DNA of 64,000 nt from Eukaryota sp. GEM-RC1 (taxonomy: Eukaryota). Positions 35,047-46,239 of the stretch are shown here, piece by piece. The stretch lies in the NCBI GenBank assembly GCA_040285855.1, contig JAUFOQ010000005.1, positions 868,001 to 932,000 on the forward strand, read 5' to 3'. Numbering within the stretch: the stretch's first letter is position 1; each line of letters begins with the position of its first letter. The notes beneath the pieces are model-generated. The model saw nothing but the letters and a program-made list of their open reading frames with translations. It made no database searches and had not been told where the DNA came from. The translations under genes and the position numbers were made by a program.

Positions 35047-36044
35047 CCTAGTTCAGATATACACGGGTTTGATTTTTCATATACTGTATATACAAAATAT
35101 ACATATACATTTGTATATACTGTGATATACACTAAGTAACAATTGTATATACAGTTCATACACACATACATCAACAAATACATGTATATAAAATACTTTA
35201 TTGAACAAGAAGTCTAATCATCAGCCACAAAGCGTTTAACAGTCATTTTTGTAATCTTTCTTTTTTTTACACCTGCATCTTTGGATACAGATGCCATAAT
35301 CACGTCCCCCTCCATTTCCGAGCAGAAACCAGAGTCCATCATCATAACTTATCGTAATTTCTTCACTTTCATCTTCAACATTGATTTTTGGCACCTCTAC
35401 AAACACTTCGTTTAAGTCAAATAAATATTTACAAGAATTGAGGTTAATAAGTGACATATCATTTGGAAATCGATTAACAAATTCAAAAATGAAATTTTTT
35501 CCGCTCCCTAAAGAAAGCAGGTTTACAAAGCATTGACGATTTGGTAAAATCAATACCACCAAAATGAGCAGAAGTAAACAAGTGACTTCTAAGTAACGTT
35601 AATCAAGTTCTAACAATGAAGCAAAAAAATTAATCCTCAACTCGTTAAAAGATCTAGAGAAATTCAGAGCGATTGAAGGAGCTGTAGATCTAAAAAGAGG
35701 TGTGATTTTTCCGGAGTATCAAATTTGTAAAATATAAAACTTAATATGTTGTTCTATGTCATATGAAAAAATTTAGTTGAGTTCTGGGGGTATTTAACCC
35801 GTCCCATTTCAATTGGTCATTACTTATTTGCTTAATGACCTGACTCTTTGTCCTTGACAATGGACTAACGCAGTCTGATCATCCATTAGACCCTGACAAG
35901 TTCACAAACCCTTGTGTAACATGTAACTGAACTCATATACAAATATACACCGTTAACCAACATCTTGGGCATTTTTATATACACTGTATATACAGATTTT
36001 CTGTATATACAGTATATACAGTGTATATGTACATCTGAACTATG
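35047..36044. mobile_element. Non-autonomous hAT element (998 bp)
   Basis: 17-bp TIRs with 2 mismatches (left CCTAGTTCAGATATACA; right, read inward, CATAGTTCAGATGTACA). Perfect 8-bp TSD GTGTAAAA (35039-46, 36045-52). GTATATAC subterminal repeats at both ends. Confidence 0.88.
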
Positions 36045-36070
36045 GTGTAAAACATCATCTAGATTCATTA

Positions 36071-37585
36071 ATGCAACATCAATCTCAAAGCCAGGCCACT
36101 ACTGCTGTGTCTGATTGTAGTGATTCGGATACACAGGACCCTTCTATTACTCAATTTGACTATGATTTAAAAACTCGTTTTACACCTTTCCTTACTGATG
36201 TCTTATCATGTAGCATTAGATGTGGTGATGGGTTTGCTCTTCTCTTCTCTTATTTGTCAGATTGTACTTTGTTCATGATCATCCTTCTAATTCCCTCTGT
36301 GTTCTCTCTCAGTATCATCCTTGACGAAGCTCCTCGATCCTCGACTGGGTTTCTCCAGTTTCTTCTTGGTACAGACCTTCCTAGTGAATTAAGGTTTGTC
36401 ACTATTTTGAGTTGTACTATCTGTTCCCTTGCGTTCACCCTCCCTGCTTTTTCTTTTGAACTTTGATGTATTATCATTGACCGAGCCCAATGATAAATAC
36501 AACAAAGTCCATGCACTCAAAAGTTTACATTCACTTAACGCTATTTTTAGCTACAGATGGCATCAGTTTGCTAAAATTGATGTTGAATTCATACAAACTA
36601 AGATAGCTTCAGAATTGATGGAATCACTAAACACTCAGACTAGTCCATCTAAAAAGCAGAGTATTAATGATCAGAAATTTACTTGGTCTTTTGTTAATAT
36701 TCTTACTCTTCTTTTGGTACTAAGTATTGCGATCCCTGTTTTGTTTTCTATTGATTCGGGTATCATTGTTCCTTCTAATCATTTCAGATACATTGAAGTT
36801 GCTTTTGTTGTGTGCTTATTTAATGTTATTGGAAGAATGATTTTGTATTATTTTACTTCTCCATTACCAGCTCCTAACAGAGATTCTATTAGGTTGTGGT
36901 ACCTTTTTTTGTTAAAGTTGTGTTTATTTTCGGTTCCTGTGGGGCTTATAGTTCCACTATCAGAATGTTTTCCTACTGATTTTGGAAATTATGTATGTTA
37001 CTTATTTCTCTTAACATTCTTTTTTGATGTTATTTTTCCTTTCTTTTACTACAAGTTTAGGTCTTTAAGTAAGTCATTTGAAAATCCTTTGTTTGACTTA
37101 CCTCTGAGTCAAGCTAAAGTCTTTTACTACCATGTTTTGAGCATCACAGCCCAATTCTATGTTCCAACTTTTGGTTTAGTTTCATTTCCTTTAGTATATC
37201 TTTATGGTAAGTATTTGTCTTACAGTTTAAGAAAGTGTTCACATTTACCTTCAGCTACTTACAATTACGACCAAATGAAAAGTATATATCTCAAATCAGG
37301 TATCATTTATTGTTTATATCTGTTTCTGTTTTTCTTTATTTCTTTGGTTATCAAGTTTCCGTGTGGTACTTTTAAAGATCAAAGGTTGATGAACGTCAGT
37401 ATGTTCACAACTCCAGTGTTTTTGATTCTTTGTGGTCTACATTGGGGATTTATCTTTTGTTACAATAGAAAAGTAGTCAATGAAAAAAGCTCAAGAAACT
37501 ACTAAAGTTTCGTGAAAAGACAATTGATTCGTTGTATGAAAACTCTAAGAGCAACAGTCGAAACGCAGTTTTACATGGAGTTTAG
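36071..37585 (+). CDS. TMC-domain membrane protein, copy 7 (two frameshifts)
   Basis: IFSYRWH, CFPTDFG, PLFDLP, PCGTFK. After an indel near the A-run at about 37485 the frame ends AVLHGV-stop at 37585. Confidence 0.75.
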
Positions 37586-38183
37586 TTGAGTCAACGGTCT
37601 TCATTGTGAATTGATCATTATTATTTTTACAATCGGAGTTTAATGGGCCCTGTCTTCAAGATTACAGTGTCTAAATTTTTGTTTCTTTGATGGCCATTGT
37701 CATAGATTTCAATCGCTGGTCAACAAGAAGTCTTCGGGCATCGTATTTCCAGAAATTCTTTGTGGTAACGATGGAGTTACTGATTTTTTAAAACAATCTT
37801 ACAGCAGTAAAATTCCTCACGTTTCACATCAATAAACTGTATCGTTGAAATACCTCCTTAAATATACTTTTCTTCAACATTTACTTGTGTCTGTGCTGGT
37901 TAAATATGATATCTGATTACAGTTCTGCTAAGCTCAAATTAACGGAATTATTCTTTCTTTTTAAAATCGTCACATGATTTATGGCAGGGATAGTACGCTT
38001 TACAAAATAGATTGTCTAATTTGTCATCTTAAATTATGTATTTGCAAAAATGAGTTTAAATTTGGTTTGCTACACTGGTACATATGATGGGAGAGATCCT
38101 TAAAATCGAAAGATTCTCCTTTCAAAGAAATTCTCCGATAATTGTTGGATTCTGAGCCAATATATTATATGTATTTCCTGCAC

Positions 38184-38275
38184 CTTACCTCAAATATCAC
38201 ACATATCACAAAGTGGATGTGATATGTGTGATTACATGTATCACAAAATGCAAAAAAGTGTGATACCCGAGTATG
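38184..38275. mobile_element. Possible tiny degenerate hAT-type relic with internal hairpin
   Basis: Perfect 15-bp inverted repeat ATCACACATATCACA (38196-38210) / 38218-38232. Right end reads CATACTCGGGTATCACAC inward. Flanks TCCTGCAC/TACTGAAC (6/8). Confidence 0.35.
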
Positions 38276-39137
38276 TACTGAACATTATTGATATTCACAT
38301 TATTCACATTATTTTTGAAAAAATACACGGTTTTTGATCAGTCAGTGAAATAATTGCCTTTGCCAAAAAAATACTAACAGACACTAACTAAAGTATCTGA
38401 ACTACACTAATGATATTGTACTTGCAAAGTAACACCTGGATTGATCTTGACAGTGATAAATGATTTCTTTTGTGAGAACAATACTAGTGATGCAGAGTCC
38501 GTACCTGTATCTTTTACTTACATCTATTGTTTCACTTCTTACTGTTAAAAATTTACTAGGCGTTGTGCAGTTTGTGATAATATAGAGACACTTTAAATCG
38601 AAAAATTAAAACCTATCACACAACTACTAGTACATTCACTGTGTCTCCATTATCCATGTATGACAAATTGAGATTAAACAGAAAATGAAATATAAATGCT
38701 TCTCATGTAACGTCGGTGACTTTTCCATCAATGTAGGAACTATCTGAATAAACAACTTGATATAATACATTAACCAACAACACAACAATCTAATTTTTTC
38801 TTAACAGAAGCTACAAACTTGATTCATCAATCGCTATCGGAGATAAAAATATATATTGAGAATTTGTAGTGGAGAAAGGAAATTAGGCTTGATAGTGAGA
38901 ATGAGATCAAATTGTCTTCACCCTCCCGTATAAAGTTTTCTAAGAGAAGCGAAAGAGGTTGAGGTTCAATCATGTAATGTAAAGGAAGATTTTGTATAAG
39001 CTAGTTATTATTTGAATACAGGTTATTATTAAGGTGCGTAATAAATACAAGCAACCAGGTTTACTTGTTTGTATTAGGACACCTACGACACTGTATTTGT
39101 TTTGTTTGGTTTCAAAATTGATAGTTTATGCACTCAA

Positions 39138-40758
39138 ATGGCTTCTTCCCAGCCTTTGTTGTTACACTTAGATGATGATAACACTTCTTCAATGCAATCT
39201 CAATCTCACAGACAGTTTTCCTCCTATCTCCAAACTCCAGCTGAATCAGACCCACCAGTTCATTCATCCCCCGCTTTCGAAAACGATCTTCTCAATCCCT
39301 TCCTTCCCTTCACTGCTGACGTATGTCGTGCTAAGGTCACCTATGGAGAATTCTTTGGTCCATTCTTTCTTCATCTCTTCACGATCCATGTTAGTTTAAT
39401 TGTCCTGACATATGGCTCTGTACTGGCAATTTCTGATATCATGACGCAATCTTCTTTCTCTGGTATCTTTTCTTTTTTTCACTTCTTTCTTTCCACAAAT
39501 GACGTTACCGACTCAACCTATGTCATGACCTGTGTTTTCTGCATTTTCTTTAGTTTTATGATGCCGTGTTCATTAATGGGAATGGATAATCCCTTGGTAC
39601 AACGCTGGGGACCAACTATCGGATATTTTAAATTTATTGATTTGAAATGTTTAAAGTCGTTTGATGCTATTTTTAGTTATAATTGGAATTACCTTGCTAA
39701 AAGAGACGTTAATTACATTCGAACAAAGGTATCTCAAGCACTTAAAGAATCAATTCCACGTCATCACTTGCCTAATTCATCTTTTGATAGATTTGCGAAA
39801 GTTCAGTGGACCTCTTTAATTTTATTTACTGCGTTATTAACAATGTTTCTATACTTTCCTGTTATTCATTCATTTGATGGAGGTTTATTTGTCCCTTCTG
39901 AACGTTCTTTCTTCTACCCAGATTCACCTCCACTTTCTTCTGTTAAATTGGCTTCTTTTAGATATTTAGAACTTGGACTTTTGGTGTGTGTATTTAATTA
40001 TTTTGGACGAAAGTTGGTTTATTATTTTACTTCTCCAGCCCCAGCTCCTGAGAAAGATTCTACTCGATTGTGGTACCTTATTTTTCTAAAATTGGTTTTA
40101 TTTTCGGTTCCGATTTCTATTTTTGTTGTAGAATCCAGCTGTTTTCCCACTGATTTTGGTTTTTATGTTTTCAGTCTGTTTATATTAACATCTTTGTTTG
40201 ATGTTATTTTTCCTTTCTTTTACTACAAGTTAAGGTCTTTAAGTAAATCATTTGAAAAGCCTTTGTTTGACTTACCTGGAAGTCAAGCTAAAGTCTTTAC
40301 TACCACGTGTTGATCATCACAGCTCAATTTTATGTTCCAACTTTTGCTTTCGTTTCATTTCCTTTAGTATATCTTTATGGTAAGTATTTGTCTTACAGTT
40401 TAAGAAAGTGTTCACGTTTGCCTTCAGCTACTTACAATAGAGATCAAATGAAAAGTTGTTTTCTCAAATCAGGTATTATTCTTTTGTTTATTTGTTCGTT
40501 TTTTTATTTGTTTCTATGATTATCAAATTTCCTTGTGGAATCTTTAAAAACCAAAGATTGGTAAACGTCAGCATGTACACAACTCCTATTTTTATGGTAT
40601 TTTGTGTTATGTTATGCGGTTTCTCAATTCATACTTCAATTCTCATCAGCACCAACGATCAATTAAAAAAATTACTAGTATTTCGTCGAATGTCGACAGA
40701 TTTCTTTTATGAATGTTCCAAGAAAAGTTGTGTAATCGGACGATTAACTGGTGTGTAG
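39138..40758 (+). CDS. TMC-domain membrane protein, copy 8 (two frameshifts)
   Basis: IFSYNWNY, CFPTDFG, FEKPLFDLP, PCGIFK; ends GRLTGV. GTCTTTACTAC near 40295 versus GTCTTTTACTAC in paralogs. Confidence 0.75.
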
Positions 40759-41089
40759 TTCTAACAGAATTATTGTATTTGTTCTAATTATTTATATATT
40801 CTCAATTGTGCTGCCACTGTTTTGTATGTTTGTCCAACGGTGTCTTCGGCTCTTGAAAAGGGAAATCTTCCATTCTTAACTTAATATATTGAATTGTTGA
40901 ATGTTAACTAGTCCGCTTGTTTCAATGGACAATTAGCGGAGAATTTGTTTAGTTTTGATCCGAAAGATGATTTTACTGATCTTTATTTGACTTCTGTTAA
41001 TCCAGCTCAATGTTTTGGACTGTCCACGTGATCAGTTATTAGTTTTAGAAACTCTTTGGGATTGTGTTTGTTTTTTGTATACTTACGTT

Positions 41090-42058
41090 CATAGTTGCAA
41101 AATACAAAATACAGTATTTTTTGTATTCTGTATTTTTTCTGTATTATGTATTGTATTTTTTTCTGGAAAAGTGTATTATGTATTTGTATTTTTTGTATTT
41201 ATTTATCAGCCCGAAAATCCCTTCAATTGACGAATATGACTCAAATCAATGAGAGCAACACTCGACAGCGGATCTTTCTGATCAATTGTACTATTGTTTG
41301 GTACAATTGGGCCATGTATTATTTTCACTCGCAGAAATACTAGTACAATTGTCTGCTGAATTTTCGGAACGTTCCAGTACAGTACGTCAACGGCGTGTGC
41401 TAGATGACTAAAAAGTGAAACACCGATCAAGTCAAGTAACAAAAATTTGGAAACGCTTAATAACGTTCATTCCAAAGAATCGAAAAGTACCAAACCATGT
41501 GAAGTTGTGCAATCTAGTTTCACTACTGTCAGTCAGTGATGAAGATCTAAATCCCTGATGAGACGAGCTACACGACACTCAGATTGATCCTGTTTTGAAG
41601 ATCTACTTGTTGTCTTTGGAGACTATGATTTCGAGTTTATACATTTTTACCTACAATCGATATATTAAGACGATTTACAACTAATGTACAAGACAAAAAG
41701 TGTGCAAAGTCACATTGAATAACTGTATAACTCCACGACAGTTCTTTCCGTGGACCAAATGAACATTTGAACCCTCGGTGCATTTCAGAATCGAAATAAC
41801 AATTGGGTTGATAAATGAAAAGAAGTTCAAGAGTGCGTACCGAAGACGTGAACCATGATAACCCTGATGATCAATCACGTTTGCAGTCGTTGGACTCAAT
41901 ACACTTGGTTTAATACTTGCAATTACTAGAAAAAGAAATACAATTAATACAGTATTCTGTATTGTATTTGTATTCTGTATCTGTATTGTATTTTTGTATT
42001 CTGTATTTTTTGTATTCTGTATTGTATTATTTTTTTGTCCGTGTATTTTGCAACTATG
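41090..42058. mobile_element. Non-autonomous hAT element (969 bp)
   Basis: Perfect 17-bp TIRs CATAGTTGCAAAATACA (41090-41106, 42042-42058), perfect 8-bp TSD CTTACGTT (41082-89, 42059-66), TGTATT subterminal arrays. Confidence 0.92.
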
Positions 42059-42288
42059 CTTACGTTTATTGTGGATGCTAAAAGAATAAATTCCACATCT
42101 TCAATCAGTCAACATGAGTCTATTATCAACAATCATAGTCAAATGTTGAATTAATGATTTTGATCATAGTTTAAGTCTTGTTCAGTTCAATTGCTGGTAC
42201 AAACACATAACATAAGCTATTTGTTGGATGAATTCTTCATCATCAAAACAAACCACTTCAATCAACACAAACATACCAACGAAAGCCA

Positions 42289-43784
42289 ATGTCTTCTACT
42301 CTATCCTCATACAACGATTCAGAAACCCCTGTTCATTCATCTATTCTTCAAAACGGTCACATCAATCGATTTATTCCTCTTGCTTGCAACTACTACGAGT
42401 CTAAACTACTGTATGGCAATGTCTTTGGACCACCATTTCTTCACCTCCTTTTGATCATGGTTACTCTACTACCTCTTCTCGTTACCTCAGGTGTAGCTCT
42501 TGTAGATCTCACAATCAAATCTTCTTCCCTTACATTCAAAAGCTTTCTCTCACTGTTTCTTTCTACAAATGATGTCAACGATATCGTTTTCATCACCAGT
42601 TGTGCTCTTTGCTTGTTCCTCTGCTTTACGCTTCCTTGTTTCTTAATGGGTATAGGCAGTCCTGTGATTGATACTGAGGATGTCCATCACAAATTAAATC
42701 ATATCAAGTGTTTGCAGTCATTTGATGCTATGTTTTATTTTAATTGGAACAATATTGCAAAAAGAGACGTTGTTTCAAGTAAATGTCATATTTCAACTTT
42801 GCTTCAATCATCTTTGGAACGTGGTCAGTCCCCTGATCACGACATTGATCCAACTCAACCAGACAATGTTGGTTCCATGGAAGGAAAGGTTTTGAATTTA
42901 CTAAGTTTCCTGTTAATTTTGATCATCTCCATTGTTTCTTATTTCTTTTTTAGTGGTTCCTTTGTCTTATTTGATAGTTACCTCAACCACCTGACGATTC
43001 CTCTGTTGGTATGTTTGTTTAATGTTTTGGATCGAAAGTTGTTATACTATTTGACTTCTGTTGTACCGGTACTTAAAAGAGATTCTCGACGAGTATTTCA
43101 TCTTGTTTTCTTCCAGTTGTGTTTCCTTTTTATTCCAATGTTGGCTTTGAATTCTGTTTCTGAGTGTTTTATCACTGATGTTGGCTATTATATCTTCTAT
43201 TTAGTTCTTTTAACATTCTTTTTTGATGCTATTTTTCCTTTCGTTTGGTACAAGCTTAGGTCTTTAAGTAAATCATTTGAAAAGCCTTTGTTTGATTTAC
43301 CTCTGAGTCAAGCTAAAGTCTTTTACTACCATGTTTTGAGTTTCACAGCCCAATTCTATGTTCCAACTTTTGCTATCATTTCATTTCCTTTAGTATATCT
43401 TTATGGCAAGTATTTATCTTACAGTTTAAGAAAGTGTTCACGTTTACCTTCATCTACTTATACCATGGATCACATGAATGTTTGTTTCATCAAATCCGGT
43501 ACTATATCATTTCTTTGCCTTTTAGTTTTCTTTTACATGTCTTTGGTCAACTCTTCTTCTTGTAGTACCTTTCACAGTAACAGTTTGACCAACTTCAGTA
43601 TATTCACAACTCCAATGGTGTTGTTTACGAGTCTTTACTTTGGCTTGGCCTTTTACTTAGTGTCTTTGTTGGGAGAATTAACCAACAGTTGAAGAAAAAT
43701 GTAAAGTTCCGTCAAAGTTCAACTAATATCTTGTATGAATGTTCTAAAAGAAGTTACAAAGAATCACGTTTACATGGAATCTAG
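42289..43784 (+). CDS. TMC-domain membrane protein, copy 9 (frameshift near 3' end)
   Basis: 467-aa ORF with MFYFNWN, CFITDVG and FEKPLFDLP. The alternative frame ends SRLHGI-stop at 43784. Confidence 0.75.
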
Positions 43785-44802
43785 TTCCGATCATAGTACT
43801 GGTGAACATGATAGTTCAGTCGTAGCTCTTTTATCCGTACACACTTTGTTGGGAAGGTTTACTGCCACTCAATTGGTGATCTCCACTTGTGATATCTTGC
43901 CTCTAAAGAGTGGTCTTTGATTATTAGTTCATTCCTGTATTCTTTTAGCGATCAGGAACTGATTGTCATCGCTTGAAAAATCATGGGTCAAGGTTTGAGA
44001 AGTTTCTCTTTCATGGCATAGAACCTTATGTGAGCCTTTACAATGAAAACGGCTCGTTAGTAAGGTTTTCAACTGATTTGACATTCTTAATTTACAATTT
44101 TTAACACTGATGGTATCTTGAAAGAACGTTGGGTGTCCAGAACATCATTCGAAATAACACCTTGATTTCAGGATATCTGTACGATCATCGATGTATATGT
44201 ACTACACGTAGTAAGCCGTTACTTAACTTCACGAAAAGTGCAGTAAAAGCAGCAATTCAGTGTAAATAAAGAAGTGTTGAAAGGTACATTCATGACATAC
44301 ATACATTGTAGTTACGCAAAGATTTCACTCAACACTGATGTTCCTCATAGCAACAAATATCTGCTGGGTAAAACTTCTCCACAAATAAATATGGTGCACT
44401 AGAAATAATGTTAAAATTCTATCACTGTGTGTGAGTCAGAGTCAGTGTGATCATCAGAAACACTTGTAATTTTAAAACTTAAACGAATGACTGTGACTGA
44501 TAACTTCACACAGCATCAGATTTCATTCAAACAACCAGAAGAAACTACAAAAGGTGTTAGATTCATTGACTTTTGCTTTAAACTGTCAATCAATAGAGTA
44601 AGAACGACTGGACAAATCAAAAGTCGGCAAACATCAAACTTACTGCTTACTTCCAAAACACACCGTAATTACAAAAACGACCAATAATGATCGTGTGTTC
44701 CTATTTGTGACCACACTCCCAAATTTCAATGTGATTTGTGAATCACAGTCTGGTATTAGATCATGTACATGAATCAGTATTTTGAAAAAATACTATTTTC
44801 AG

Positions 44803-46239
44803 CATAGATGGGAAATACAGAATACATGTATTCTGTGTATTTTGTATTTTGTATTTGTATTTGTATTAATACAGAGCCATTATTTGTATTTTTTTGGTAT
44901 TTTTAGTATCATTATTTCTTATTTAGTTTTATTCATTCTAATTATTTGCATATTCAATGCAGATTCATGTGACAAAAATACTGTTTGAGTACCAAATACA
45001 ATGTTTCTTCTGCAAAAGTACGTACAATTGTAGTGTGAAGTTGTGTGTGAACAGGAGAGTCCAATTCATCAATTATGTTATGACTTCTACTGATTCAAAA
45101 ACACTTGCATCCTCTCCCACTATGATGTTTACAGCTCAAGACCTTAGAAGTTGAATCTACCAGTAGATGAAGTTCTATACTTTTTAATTCATAATTATCT
45201 TGAGTGTTGACCCACTCTCTATCATAATATTGATTTTTGGTCAGTTTCTATCAGGGAGGACTAATAAATAGTTAAATAAAAATGATATTGTGATTGGATG
45301 AAAATACATATTTATTCAGATTCCATATTTTGCAATAAATATGAACCTTAGTTGTGATGCCATTTTGTAAGACAACAATACAAATTGAAACAAACTTAAC
45401 TCATCAACATCAATGTCTACGACTTCACCATCATCGCCTTTATCTCTTCTTGTGTTAACGCTGTATTTAACTAAAGGTAAAGTCCCAATACTCACGGTTT
45501 TCAAGGAGATACAGATGATTATAAAGACTTTGTGGCTTAACAGAAGGACGACGATTGGTTTCTAAGGTCAGTTCAGCTGTACTGCACAGTAATGTCGCTG
45601 TCATAGGTTCATGGAAAGATTTACCGAAGTACGGTCGAGATACTTGTTATTTTACCTTACTTTTTATTGACTTTGGCTGACAGCAATGTGATATCGAAAC
45701 AATTGATAAATAAGGAACAACCTAATGTCGATGAACAGCTGCATTTCAGGACAATTTTGTATGTATTGTACTCTCAGCTGAATGTGTGACTTCAAATCAT
45801 ATATATTTAAATAATGTCAGCCAATAAATGATGCACCTCTGAAATAGTCCAATACATATGTACTTGATGCCAGTTATAGCAAAGATAGGTTTATGTAACC
45901 AAGAAAAGGTTAGGTCAAAATGAAACTAAAGCTACTTATAACACGTGTTTCTCATAACATACTCATTAGCGTTCCCTGCTAGTGGTTTCTATAGTGGAAA
46001 ACCACAGTTCAACTACTTTCGGCGTGAAAACGAAGAAACGTAGAAAGTTTTTCGCAATACCACTTCATTGTATAGTTGATTATTTAAATGGTCTTATCAA
46101 AGTAACACATATGTTTCCACCTGAAATACAATTGAAATACACTCACGTGATAGAAATAGTGTATTTGTATTCGTCGTATTTGTATTTGTATTTGTATTTG
46201 TATTAATACAGAGGCATCAAGTTGTATTTCCCATCTATG
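44803..46239. mobile_element. Non-autonomous hAT-type element or composite (1437 bp)
   Basis: Perfect 17-bp TIRs CATAGATGGGAAATACA (44803-44819, 46223-46239) and TTTGTA subterminal arrays. Flanks ATTTTCAG/GTTTTAAC match only 5/8. Confidence 0.75.
45865..45907 (+). repeat. 43-bp dispersed exact repeat, copy 2
   Basis: Identical to 22107-22149. Confidence 0.85.

Noticed and set aside
41015..41343. Short Tyr/Phe/Cys-rich ORFs (also 34929-35183, 44782-44988, 45982-46206)
   Set aside because: Translations of TGTATT/GTATATAC subterminal repeats of hAT elements.
41555..41600. Hammerhead ribozyme core (CTGATGA)
   Set aside because: No stem II followed by GAAA and no closing stems visible.
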